A stretch of DNA of 64,000 nt from Mayamaea pseudoterrestris (Eukaryota), in the NCBI GenBank assembly GCA_027923505.1, contig BROI01000017.1:434001-498000 (forward strand), written 5' to 3'. Below, in pieces: positions 31,855 to 43,619 of this stretch. The notes below the pieces were generated by a model. The model was not told where the DNA came from. It did no database searches and saw only the letters and a list, made by a program, of their open reading frames with translations. Numbering within the stretch: the stretch's first letter is position 1; every line of letters begins with the position of its first letter. The position numbers were made by a program, and so were the translations under genes.

Positions 31855-34800
31855 GGCAATGTTTCATGATTTAGAAAGTGCAGTGGATTCATCTTTAGCC
31901 CTTATAGTCTCTGAGTTCTGCCAGTAGGACCACCAGAATTTTGTGGCCCCATGCATGTCCACAGTAGCTGGCTGCCATGACACACTCCAAACGCCAGACA
32001 CGTATTGCTAGCTGGCAGCTGACAGGCATTGTTTCATGATCTAGAAAGTGCAATACATTCATCAGTATCATGCAGTCTCCAAGTTCTGCCAGTAGGACTG
32101 CCTGAATTTTGTGGCTCCAGGCTTGTCCACAGTACCTGGCTGCCATGACCCACTCCAACGGCCAGCGAGGTATACAATGATAGCTGGCAGATTACAGGCA
32201 TTGTTTCATGATGTCAAAAGTTCAATGCATTCATCACTAGCCCATGTAGTCTCCAAGTTCTGCGACAGGGACTGCCAGAATTTCGTGTCCCCAGGCTTGT
32301 CCACAGTAGCTGGCTGCTATAACCCACTCCGACAGCCAGTTGACAGGCATTGTTTGATGGGGCAATGCAAACATCACTAGCCCAACTAGTCTCCAAGTTC
32401 TGCAACAGGGACTGCCAGAATTTCATGTCCCCAGGCTTGTCCACAATAGCTGAGTGCCATAACCCACTCCAACAGCCAGAAAGATATAAATTGATAGCTG
32501 GCAGTTGACAGGCATTGTTTCAGAATGTCAGATGTGCAATGCATTCTTCACGAGTCTTTGCAGTCTTCAAGTTCTGCCAGTAGGACTGCCTGCATTTTTT
32601 GTGGTCCCAGGCTCCTTCACAGTTGGTGGCTGCCATGACCCTCTCCAATGGCCAGAGAGGTATACCTTCATAGCTTGCAGTTGACAGGCATTGTTTCATG
32701 ATGTAGAAAGTGCAATGCATTTATCACTTGCCCATGCAGTCTCCAAGATCTGCCAGTAGGATTGCCAGAATTTCATGTCCCCATGCTTGTCCACAGTAGC
32801 TGGCTGCCATGACCCACTCCAACAGCCAGAAAGGTGTAAATTGATTGGCGGCAGTTGACAGGCATTGTTTCATGATGTCAAAAGTGCAATGCATTCATCA
32901 ATAGCCCATGTAGTCTCCAAGTTCTGTGACAGGGACTGCCAGAAATATGTGTCCCCAGGCTTGTCCACAGCAGCTGGCTGCCATAACCCACTCCAGCAGC
33001 CAGCAAGGTGAAAATTTATAGCTGGCAGTTGACAGGCATTGTTTGATGATGTCAGAAGTTCAATGCATTTATCATTAACCCATGTAGTCTCCGAGTCCTG
33101 TGACAGGGACTGCCAGAATTTCGTGTCCCTAGGCTTGTCCACAGTAGCTGGCTGCCATAAACCACTCCGACAGCCAGAGAGGTGTAAATTGATAGCTGGC
33201 AGTTGACAGGCATGGTTTGATGATGTCAAAAATGCAATGCATTCATCACTAGCCCATGTAGTCTTAAAGTTCTGCCACAGGGACTGCCAGAAATTCGTGT
33301 CCCCAGGCTTGTCCACAGCAGCTGGCTGCCATAACCCACTCCAACAGCCAGAAAGGTGTAAAATGATACTTGACAGTTGACAGGCATGGTTTGATGATGT
33401 CAAAAGTTCAATGCATTCATCACTAGCCCATGTAGTCTCCAAGTCCTGCAACATGGACTGCCAGAATTTCATGTCCCAGGCTTGTCCACAGTAGCTGGCT
33501 GCCATGACCCACTCCAACAGCCAGAGAGGTGTAAATTGATAGCTGGCAGTTGACAGGCATTGTTTGATGATGTCAAAAGTGCAATGCATTCATCACTAGC
33601 CCATGTAGTCTCCAAGTTCTGCGACAGGGACTGCCAGAATTTCATGTCCCCAGGCTTGTCCACAGTAGCTGGCTGGCATGACCCTCTCCAACCGCCAGAC
33701 ACATATACATTGCTAGCTGGCAGTTGACAGGCATTGTTTCATGATGTCAAAAGTGCATTGCACTCATCATTAGCCCATGTTGTCTTCAAGTTCTGTGACA
33801 GGGACTGCCAGAATTTCGTGTCCCCAGGCTTGTCCACAGTAGCTAGCTGCCATAACCCACTCCAACAGCCAGCAAGGTGTAAATTGATAGCTGGCAGTTG
33901 ACAGGCATTGTTTGATGATGTCAAAAGTGCAATGCATTCATCACTAGCCCATGTAGTCTCCAAGTTCTGTGACAGGGACTGCCAGAATTTCGTGTCCCCA
34001 GGCTTGTCCACAGTAGCTGGCTGCCATAACCCACTCCAGCAGCCAGCAAGGTGTAAATTGATAGCTGGCAGTTGACAGGTATTGTTTGATGATGTCAAAA
34101 ATACAATGCATTCATCAATAGCCCATGTAGTCTCAAAGTTCTGCCACAGGGACTGCCAGAAATTCGTGTCCCCAGGCTTGTCCACAGTAGCTGGCTGCCA
34201 TAACCCACTCCAGCAGCCAGAGAGGTGTAACTTTATAGCTGGCAGTTGACAGGCATTGTTTGATGATGTCAAAAGGTTAATGCATTCATCACTAGCCCAT
34301 GTAGTCTCCAAGTTCTAAGACAGGGACTGCCAGAATTTTGCATCCCCAGTCTTGTCCACAGTAGCTGGCTGGCATGACCCTCTCCAACCGCCAGACACAT
34401 ATACATTGCTAGCTGGCAGTTGACAGGCATTGTTTGATGATGTCAAAAGGTTAATGCAATCATCACTAGCCCATGTAGTCTCTAAGTTCTGCGACAGGGA
34501 ATGCCAGAATTTCGTGTCCCCAGGCTTGTCCACAGTAGCTGGCTGCCATAACCCACTCCAACAGCCAGAGAGGTGTAAATTGATAGGTGGCAGTTGACAG
34601 GCATTGTTTCAGGATGTCAAAAATGCAATGCATTCATTATAGCCCATGTAGTCTTCAAGTTCTGTGACAGGGACTGCCAGAATTTCGTGTCCCTGGGCTT
34701 GTCCATAGCAGCTGGCTGCCATAACCCACTCCAACAGCCAGAAAGGTGTAAAGTGATAGCTGGCAGTTGACAGGCATGGTTTGATGATGTCAACAGTTCA

Positions 34801-37800
34801 ATGCATCCATCACTAGCCCATGTAGTCTCCAAGTCCTGCGACAGGGACTGCCAGAATTTTGTGTCCCTGGCTTGTCCACAGTAGCTGGCTGCCATGACCC
34901 ACTCCAGCAGCCAGCAAGGTGTAAATTGATAACTGGCAGTTGACAGGCATTGTTTGATGATGTCAAAAGTGCAATGCATTCATCATTAGCCCATGTAGTC
35001 TCCAAGTTCTGTGACAGGGACTGCCAGAATTTCGTGTCCCCAGGCTTGTCCACAGTAGCTGGCTGCCATAACCCACTCCAGCAGCCAGCAATGTGTAAAT
35101 TGATAGCTGGCAGTTGACAGGCATTGTTTGATGATGTCAAAAGTTCAATGCATTCATACGAGGCTAACTAGTCTTCAAGTCCTGCGACAGGGACTGCCAG
35201 AATTTCGTGTCCCTAGGTTTGTCCACAGTAGCTGGCTGCCATAACCCACTCCAGCAGCCAGCAAGGTGTAAATTTATAGCTGGCAGTTGACAGGCATTGT
35301 TTGATGATGTCAAAAGGTTAATGCATTCATCACTAGCCCATGTAGTCTCCAAGTTCTGTGACAGGGACTGCCAGAATTTCTTGTCCCTGGCTTGTCCACA
35401 GCAGCTGGCTGCCATAAACCACTCCAACAGCCAGAGAGGTGTAAATTGATACTTGGCAGTTGACAGGCATGGTTTGATGATGTCAAAAATACAATGCATT
35501 CATCAATAGCCCATGTAGTCTTAAAGTTCTGCCACAGGGACTGCCAGAAATTCGTGTCCCCAGGCTTGTCCACAGTAGCTGGCTGCCATAACCCACTCCA
35601 ACAGCCAGAGAGGTGTAAATTGATAGCTGGCAGTTGACAGGCATGGTTTGATGATGTCAAAAATGCAATGCATTTATTATTAACCCATGTAGTCTTAAAG
35701 TTCCGTGACAGGAACTGCCAGAATTTCGTGTCCCCAGGCTTGTCCACAGCAGCTGGCTGCCATAACCCACTCCAGCAGCCAGCAATGTGTAAATTGATAG
35801 CTGGCAGTTGACATGCATTGTTTCATGATGTCAAAAATACAATGCATTCATCAATAGCCCATGTAGTCTCAAAGTTCTGCCACAGGGACTGCCAGAAATT
35901 CGTTTCCCAAGGTTTGTCCACAGTAGCTGGCTGCCATAACCCGCTCCAAGAGCCAGAGAGGTGTAAATTGATAGCTGGCAGTTGACAGGCATGGTTTGAT
36001 GATGTCAAAAATGCAATGCATTTATTATTAACCCATGTAGTCTTAAAGTTCCGTGACAGGAACTGCCAGAATTTTGTGTCCCTAGGCTTGTCCACAGTAG
36101 CTGGCTGCCATAACCCACTCCAGCAGCCAGTAAGATGTAAATTGATAGCTGGCAGTTGACAGGCATTGTTCCATGATGTCAAAAAAGCAATGCATTCATC
36201 ATTAGCCCATGTAATCTTAATGTTCAGTGACAGGAACTGCCAGAATTCTGTGTCCCTAGGCTTGTCCACAGTAGCTGGCTGCCATGACCCACTCCAGCAG
36301 CCAGCAAGGTGTAAATTGATAGCTGGCAGTTGACAGGCATTGTTTGATGATGTCAAAAGTGCAATGCATTCATCACTAGCCCATGTAGTCTCCAAGTTCT
36401 GCGACAGGGACTGCCAGAATTTCGTGTCCCCAGGCTTGTCCACAGTAGCTGGCTGCCATAACCCACTCCGACAGCCAGAGAGGTGTAAATTGATAGCCTG
36501 GCAGTTGACAGGCATTGTTTGATGATGTCAAAAGTTCAATGCATTCATCACTAGCCCATGTAGTCTCCAAGTTCTGCGACAGGGACTGCCAGAATTTCGT
36601 GTCCCTAGGCTTGTCCACAGTAGCTGGCTGCCATAACCCACTCCAACAGCCAGAGAGGTGTAAATTGATAGGGAGTTGACAGGGTCTTGAGCGTTTGATT
36701 TCAATGCATTCATCACTAGCCCATGTAGTCTCCAAGTTCTGCAACAGGGACTGCCAGAATTTCGTGTCCCCAGGCTTGTCCACAGTAGCTGGCTGCCATA
36801 ACCCACTCCAACAGCCAGAGAGGTGTAAATTGATAGCTGGCAGTTGACAGGCATTGTTTCATGATGTCAAAAGTGCAATGCATTCATCACTAGCCCATGT
36901 AGTCTCCAAGTTCTGTGACAGGGACTGCCAGAATTTCGTGTCCCCAGGCTTGTCCACAGTAGCTGGCTGCCATAACCCACTCCAACAGCCAGCAAGGTGT
37001 AAATTGATAGCTGGCAGTTGACAGGCATTGTTTTAGGATGTCAAAAGTGCAATGCATTCATTACTAGCCCATGTAGTCTCCATGTCCTGCGACAGGGACT
37101 GCCAGAATTTCGTGTCCCAGGCTTGTCCACAGTAGCTGGCTGCCATAACCCACTCCAGCAGCCAGAGAGGTAGAAATTGATTGCTGGCAGTTGACAGGCA
37201 TTGTTTCATGATGTCAAAAGTGCAATCCATTCAGCACTAGTCCATGTAGTCTCCAAGTTCAGCGACAGGGACTGCCTGAATTTCATGTCCCCAGGCTTGT
37301 CCACAGTAGCTGGCTGCCATAACCCACTCCAGCAGCCAGCGAGGTGTAAATTGATTGCTGGCAGTTGACAGGCATTGTTTCATGATGTCAAAAGTGCAAT
37401 GCATTCATCACTAGCCCATGTAGTCTCCAAGTTCAGTGACAGGGACTGCCAGAATTTCGTGTCCCCAGGCTTGTCCACAGTAGCTGGCTGCCATAACCCA
37501 CTCCAGCAGCCAGCAAGGTATAAATTGATAGCTGGCAGTCATTGTTCAGGTGTCAAAAGTGCAATGCATTCACACTAGCTGGTCTCAGTTGACAGGGACT
37601 GCCAGAATTTGTCCAGCAGCTGGCTGCCATGTCTCCAAAGCAATACGGCTGGCATTGATTGGCAGTTGACAGGCATTGTTTCAAGATGTCAAAAGTGCAA
37701 TGCATTCATACTAGCCCAACTAGTCTTCAAGTTCTGCGACAGGGACTGCCAGAATTTCGTGTCCTTCGGCTTGTCCACAGTAGCTGGCTGCCATAACCCA

Positions 37801-38677
37801 CTCCAGCAGCCAGAGAGGTGTTAATTGATAGCTGGCAGTTGACAGGCATTGTTTGATGATGTCAAAAGTGCAATGCATTCATCATTAGCCCATGTAGTCC
37901 CCAAGTTCTGCAACAGGGACTGCCAGAATTTCGTGTCCCCAGGATTGTCTACAGTAGCTGGCTGCCATAACCCACTCCAACAGCCAGCGAGGTGAAGTTT
38001 ATAGCTGGCAGTTGACAGGCATTGTTTCATGATGTCAAAATGGCAATGCATTCATCACTAGCCCAACTAGTCTCCAAGTTCTGTGACAGGAACTGCCAGA
38101 ATTTCGTGTCCCTAGGCTTGTCCACAGTAGCTGGCTGCCATAACCCACTCCAACAGCCAGAGAGGTGTTAATTGATAGCTGGCAGTTGACAGGCATTGTT
38201 TCAGGATGTCAAAAGTGCATTGCATTCATCACTAGCCCATGTAGTCTTCAAGTTCTGTGACAGGGACTGCCAGAATTTCGTGTCCCTAGGCTTGTCCACA
38301 GCAGCTGGCTGCCATAACCCACTCCAGCAGCCAGAAAGGTGTAAATTGATAGCTGGCAGTTGACAGGCATTGTTTGATGATGTCAAAAGTTCAATGCATT
38401 CATCACTAGCCCAACTAGTCTCCACGTTCTGTGACAGGGACTGCCAGAATTTCGTGTCCCAGGCTTGTCCACAGTAGCTGGCTGCCATACCCACTCCAGC
38501 ACCAGAATTTCGTTTCCCCAGGCTTGTCCACAGCAGCTGGCTGCCATAACCAACTCCAGCAGCCAGAAAGGTGTAAATTGATAGCTGGCAGTTGACAGGC
38601 AATGTTTCATGATGTCAAAAATGCAATGCAATCATCATTAGCCCATTTAGTCTCCAAGTTCTGCGACAGGAACTGCC
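31855..38677. repeat. Satellite array A: about 39 tandem copies of a 174-bp unit (some 173 bp)
   Basis: For example CACAGTAGCT recurs at 36781 and 36955 (174 bp apart). Left copies are diverged and the right end is abrupt. The unit contains GCTGGCTGC..GCAGCCAGC, TTGACA..TGTCAA and GGGAC..GTCCC inverted repeats. Confidence 0.95.
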
Positions 38678-39158
38678 TGATTTATGCCGTCTTGGATGGT
38701 TTGGAGACGCACAGTCAAGATTTAGAGCTTGTGATGCTGGCTGTTGCGTTGCTCATATACATGGGCGCTCAATTTTTCTACCCTGATGGCTTGTTATAAT
38801 GGGAATGCTGCACCTTTTTGTGCATTTTATTCTTTGCAAGCACTTGGACTGCACACACATACAGGTGGAGGTGCTCTTTTTGCTGGGAAACTTGAGTTGC
38901 AACGTGGCACTGGCTAACACCATGACTCAAGTGGGTGCCATTTCTGCCATTATTGAAAGTCTAAATATCCATTGGCAAGATCCCAAAGTGAGCGAAGGTG
39001 GAGCGTTGGCCTTGTACAAGCTATCCAAGTGGAGCACATTGCACAAGCACTTGATTCTGGAGCATGGAGGGTATGCGTTTGCCTTGTGTATCTTCAAGAC
39101 GCATCCCGATGGCCGCGTTGGATGCGCCGCCATGGTGGCACTGGATTTGTTAATTTAA
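38678..39158 (+). pseudogene. 5'-truncated, frameshifted armadillo-repeat gene fragment
   Basis: IYAVLDGLETHSQDLELVMLAVALL, then a frame change near 38799, then LFLLGNLS..VGAISAIIESLNIH..VSEGGALALYKL..LILEHGG. These are ARM-like repeats starting directly at the satellite junction. Confidence 0.6.
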
Positions 39159-39498
39159 TGGAAATTTAGTTGAGATGGAAGAGCAATGCATAGGTGGATA
39201 ATATATGCTATGCTGTCCAATCTGTTGGGCCGACAACAAAATAAATTTTGTAGTTCAGCATTCCTGCTCATCAGTAATAATGCCACAGGTTATTAGTCAT
39301 AATCTGTGCACAGTATGTATGCTAGGCTACAAGAAGGAAGCAGGTATGAATAGCACAAGCAATAGCTAACGGCCCGCGTCACTCAACCGCTCGCGGTGCG
39401 ACAGTCAATTTTTGATCGCGGGCCGCTCATCGATTCGTTTCCATTTTCCAGATCCATATACTCATCGCATCTTGCTACATTTCACTTTCATTACAACC

Positions 39499-40830
39499 AT
39501 GTCTCCCTTTCATCAGCCAAAGGACTCTTCCATTATAGTCGCAGCCGTCGAAGGCGGCGGCTCGTCCTTCAAAGTCGCCGTTTGTCGCTTGGTCGAATCA
39601 CCCGACGCAGTTCCAATCATTCTTCACCGCACGGAAATTCCATCCGATTCCAACCATCCCCACCACACGCTGCAGGCATGCGCTTCCTTTCTGCGCCGGC
39701 ACAAGCCAATGGAAGGATACAGCGCGCTTGGACTTGCTTGCTTTGGGCCGCTCGGTGTCAACGCCAACGACGCGCAACACTATGGATGCATTTTGAAAAC
39801 GAGCCCCAAGGTGCCGTGGCGCGGTGTCAACGTATTGCAACCGCTATTGGAGGCTTGTCAGGATGACGAGGAATTTGAGGAGGGACTGAAGCAGTATAAT
39901 ACGAATAGAGTCAACACTGGCGACTCGCAGCAGCAGCAGCAACATGGTCGACTCGCCGTTGCCGTGGAGACGGATGTCAACGCCCCCGCCATGGCCGAGT
40001 TTCAATCGGCGCGGAGGCAGCAACTACCAAACATTACCAGCACGGCCTACGTTACCGTCGGAACGGGCGTGGGCGTCGGACTCGTCGTCAATAACCAGTG
40101 TGTCCATGGACGCATGCATCCGGAGGGTGGGCATGTGGCGGTGCGGCCGCTCGAACGTGACGCGTTTCCGGGCTACTCGTGGGGCACGGAGCATTGTCCC
40201 TACTTTGGCAAGCATACCGTGGAAGGCTTGGCCTGCAGTGTGGCACTTATGGAGCGACTGGAGTGGATGGATAAGAATGGAACGGAAAAGCAGTCTGCAG
40301 CATCAGGTACAAGTGGAGAAAAGCAGCTGCAAGAGGAGCAGCAGCAGCAGCAGCCAGCCAAACCACTCGAGCCGATGCAGTATGATTTAAAGTCCATTCA
40401 AGACAATGACCACGAAATTTGGGACCACGCGGCCAACGCCTTGGCCAACTGCTGCGTCACACTCATTCTCATGACCAGCATGGAGCGCATTGTACTCGGC
40501 GGCGGAATTATGGAGCGACCCGGCTTGCTGCGCAAGATTCGGGAGCGGACGCGTCACTTGATGAACGGCTATGTTGACTTGCCGGAAAACTTGTCGGAAA
40601 TGATTGTCACGTCCGAGTATGGAGCGGATGCGGGCTTGGTGGGAGCCATGGTGCTGGCGCGCGATGCGTACCACAAGAGTCAGCGTGGAACAGTGGAGCA
40701 AGGTGAAGACAGACGACGCAAGCAAGTGGCGTATGGCGAGGGTATAAAGCATGGAGTCATTGTTGGAGCATTAGTGGCTGGACTCGTGGCCAAGTATGTT
40801 GTCTGGCCATCAAGACGATCCAAGTGGTAG
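39499..40830 (+). CDS. ROK-family fructokinase-like sugar kinase with a C-terminal tail anchor
   Basis: Motifs AVEGGGSSF, GLACFGPL, ETDVNAPAMAE, YVTVGTGVGVG, HPEGGH, ERIVLGGGIM and AGLVGA. Confidence 0.88.
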   Translation: MSPFHQPKDSSIIVAAVEGGGSSFKVAVCRLVESPDAVPIILHRTEIPSDSNHPHHTLQACASFLRRHKPMEGYSALGLACFGPLGVNANDAQHYGCILKTSPKVPWRGVNVLQPLLEACQDDEEFEEGLKQYNTNRVNTGDSQQQQQHGRLAVAVETDVNAPAMAEFQSARRQQLPNITSTAYVTVGTGVGVGLVVNNQCVHGRMHPEGGHVAVRPLERDAFPGYSWGTEHCPYFGKHTVEGLACSVALMERLEWMDKNGTEKQSAASGTSGEKQLQEEQQQQQPAKPLEPMQYDLKSIQDNDHEIWDHAANALANCCVTLILMTSMERIVLGGGIMERPGLLRKIRERTRHLMNGYVDLPENLSEMIVTSEYGADAGLVGAMVLARDAYHKSQRGTVEQGEDRRRKQVAYGEGIKHGVIVGALVAGLVAKYVVWPSRRSKW

Positions 40831-40989
40831 ACAGACAATTGTACGAGTAAGAACTGAATGGCTTGATATATTTATGTTTATATTGTATGTTGTAAGGAAT
40901 TGAGGTGATCCGAGGGTTCGATGTCATTCTTTCTTTTCCTCCATCGTTGCGCGCAACGCCCAATGGTTATTCTGCTATCGGCGCTGCTT

Positions 40990-42483
40990 TTAGATTTGAG
41001 CTCCAGCCGCGAAGGCATCCGCAAGGTCGTCAACTTCGGCAGCATCCACCTGTTCAGCAGCAGCCTCCTCCTTCTTTGGCGCTGGCTGATGCAAAAAGGC
41101 TTCCTCGTCCTCGTCGGAAATAATGACGGTGGAATACATATTACGGATGCGTTCCAAAACATCCTCGTCAATGTCGTCTTCATTATTCTCCTTGAGAAAG
41201 AGCTGCTCGAGGGACGGAATCTGATTGTCCGCCAAGCATTCAAAACCATCCGCTTCAAAGTCATTTTGATCCAGCACGAGCGTCTTGAGCACTGGACAAG
41301 CAGGTTCTCCATCTGCAGCCGACAAGACTGCCATTAAACTCGCGAGACCGTCGTCGCCAATTTCGTTGGTATCAAGCTTCAAGTACTCGAGGCGGGTTTG
41401 CGGACTGACGCGCAACCACTCGACCAAGTATTCAACACCTTCTGCTCCCATTTCCACATTCTCCAAATCCAAATGCACCAACTGCGCGCCCGAAATGGTC
41501 AAGGCGTCAAACACTAGTTGCGTCCCTTCCGCGTAAAGCTCACCATCCGACAAGACAAGTTTCGACAATCGCTTGGCATGCTTCAAGACTTGGCAAAGTA
41601 ACTCGACCGGCTCGTCCTCGTCGTCATCGTTGCGACCCGGCATGAACTGACAGTCATTCAACAGCAACTCCTCTAACAATACTTCACCACCATTCTCGTT
41701 AGTGACAGTATTGACCATTTGCGCCAAACCCCGACACAGGTAGCGCGTCCCCTGCTGGAGCGGCCGACTCCCTCCGTACTTGCACGCCGTGAGCGCCACA
41801 CAGTGCGGCAAAAGGCGCGTGCCAAGCTCCATGGCGCCTCCGCTTCCCAACTGGTTGCGTCCAATGTCCAAAATTTTGAGCTGCTTGGCAATGGGAAGCA
41901 GGAGCGGAATGAGCGGGTCGGATACAATTTCTACTGATAGCCCAAGATTGTTCAAGTAAATTTCCTCCAAGCGAGACTGATGAACGACTTGAAGAATTTG
42001 CTGCCGACTAGTTTCATTGTTTTCGTCGACACCGCTTCCATTCGCAGCCGCAGCATTCGCCCCAAACAGTGGCGCCAAAACCAGCAAGCCGCGGCTTCCA
42101 ATCGCGTTATCGTTCAAGTCCAAGACGCGCAGGGGCGACGCGCCAAAAATTTCCGCTAGAATCCCAAACGTTTTCAAGCCAAGCTCCGTCTGCTTGAGCG
42201 AGGCAATCACGTCGTCCACCAGTAACACTTGCACCGCCGCCGCAATGGACTTGAGAAACGGCTGCAGTTTCAACAAAATGTCGGGATGCCAGACGCGCTT
42301 GCCAATGTTGACGCAAGTGACTGGAGTGTGAGAGTGAGCAGCATTGTCAATGAGACTTTGCCAGCTGGCCAGCAACTGCTCCGTCTCGTCCGCCGTGACG
42401 AGGTCTTCGCGACAGCCAGGAGCTGATAGCGTCAAGCCGATACTATTCATATCGCCGTTATGATTATTATTGTTGTCGGCCAT
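40990..42483 (-). CDS. RANGAP1: Ran GTPase-activating protein (RI-like LRR)
   Basis: Motifs DDVIASL, LDLNDNAIGSRG, YLNNLGLS, GRNQLGSGGA and GSRP; RI-type LRRs and an acidic C-terminal tail. Confidence 0.8.
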   Translation of the reverse strand: MADNNNNHNGDMNSIGLTLSAPGCREDLVTADETEQLLASWQSLIDNAAHSHTPVTCVNIGKRVWHPDILLKLQPFLKSIAAAVQVLLVDDVIASLKQTELGLKTFGILAEIFGASPLRVLDLNDNAIGSRGLLVLAPLFGANAAAANGSGVDENNETSRQQILQVVHQSRLEEIYLNNLGLSVEIVSDPLIPLLLPIAKQLKILDIGRNQLGSGGAMELGTRLLPHCVALTACKYGGSRPLQQGTRYLCRGLAQMVNTVTNENGGEVLLEELLLNDCQFMPGRNDDDEDEPVELLCQVLKHAKRLSKLVLSDGELYAEGTQLVFDALTISGAQLVHLDLENVEMGAEGVEYLVEWLRVSPQTRLEYLKLDTNEIGDDGLASLMAVLSAADGEPACPVLKTLVLDQNDFEADGFECLADNQIPSLEQLFLKENNEDDIDEDVLERIRNMYSTVIISDEDEEAFLHQPAPKKEEAAAEQVDAAEVDDLADAFAAGAQI

Positions 42484-42763
42484 AATGACAGAAAGAGGAG
42501 AAGCTCTTGATGGTGATGAAGGGGACGAGGCTCTTTGATGAATGACTTTGCCGCAAAAATGAGCGGAGCAACGGCTGCCAACGCTTTCGGGGGTCGACGA
42601 GGGGGTGAGACGAATCGACTCGGGGGCTGCCTCCGCTGACTTAGGGTTTGGGGTTTATTTTTCGAAATCCAGATGGCGACATCCCCGTCAAACCGTTGAG
42701 TGAATGCTCTTGTTGCTGTTGTAGTAAGTCATCGAACAGTTCTTATATATATTGACAGATAGC

Positions 42764-43204
42764 ATGGCCAAGACGGACGAAACGGAAAAGGCGGGTGGCC
42801 GTCGTCGCCGCAGTCGCGGTCCGCGCAAGTCGGGAGGTGGTGACACGGATGCACCAGCTGCTTCCGAAACCAAGGGAACGAACCGACGCGGAAGCAAGGA
42901 CACCAAGCAAGTACCAGTCAAAAAGGGAGGAGGATCGGCCGCCAAAGCAAGCGGGAGTGCGCCGAAAAAGGGCAAGGGAGCGGCTGCTGGCGGCGGCGGC
43001 AAGAAGACAAAAAAGCCGGCGCGCGAAAAGGAGGAGAGCAAAACGGCCGAGCAATTGGATGCGGAAATGAATGACTACTTTCTGAAAAAGGATGAAAAAT
43101 TGGGATCAAAGAAGCTGGATGAAGATATGGATGCGTACTGGGAGAAGAAAAAGTCGGGGGAAACAAAGGATGGTGCAGCTGCTGATCCAGAGGCAGCTGC
43201 TTGA
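42764..43204 (+). CDS. Chtop/FoP C-terminal duplication domain protein (basic, Gly-rich N-terminus)
   Basis: Tandem motifs KTAEQLDAEMNDYF and KKLDEDMDAYW. Confidence 0.75.
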   Translation: MAKTDETEKAGGRRRRSRGPRKSGGGDTDAPAASETKGTNRRGSKDTKQVPVKKGGGSAAKASGSAPKKGKGAAAGGGGKKTKKPAREKEESKTAEQLDAEMNDYFLKKDEKLGSKKLDEDMDAYWEKKKSGETKDGAAADPEAAA

Positions 43205-43619
43205 ATGTCACGTGATAGCTGCTTGTGACTTGGTTTACAAATTCGGATTATGAGCTACTTTAACGAAATTAACTCTTAAATGACCGGTAGTTGCAGGAAT
43301 TATGTAGACTGGCGCGGCGATGAAACCTTGAAACAGTCGCCTTGCATTGTAGTTGTAGAATGCGGTTGTAGTTACGCAATCAATCATTGATCAGAGCTGC
43401 TCTTGCAGATTTATCAAGGTTGCATCAGCAACTTTAAAAAATGAATAGCAAGCAAGTTATTTATCGTTTATATAGCTAGACTGTGGATGAAAGGAGAATA
43501 CATTAAAGGTGGCGCGCTCGGAGGATTTGGCGTTGATATTGTAGCGTCTCATGTCTCATTGTAGAATGGTCGTAATTCAAATACATCATCGAACAAGTGT
43601 ATCCAAAGAGACCTTTTGT

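Noticed and set aside
36788..36805. GCTGGCTGCCATAACCCA in the 174-bp unit resembles the tRNAiMet anticodon arm (PBS of a tandem TRIM, or a tRNA-derived SINE)
   Set aside because: Only about a 10-nt exact match, with no adjacent LTR CA end, polypurine tract, or A/B boxes and cloverleaf.
32870..38631. Minus-strand ORFs of up to 239 aa made of 58-aa repeats, and a recurring in-frame TGA on the plus strand (possible selenocysteine, given PSTK nearby)
   Set aside because: These follow from a unit length divisible by 3. Frequent 1-bp indels and stops break the frames, variation follows CpG decay rather than codon position, there is no start/end gene context, and no SECIS is evident.
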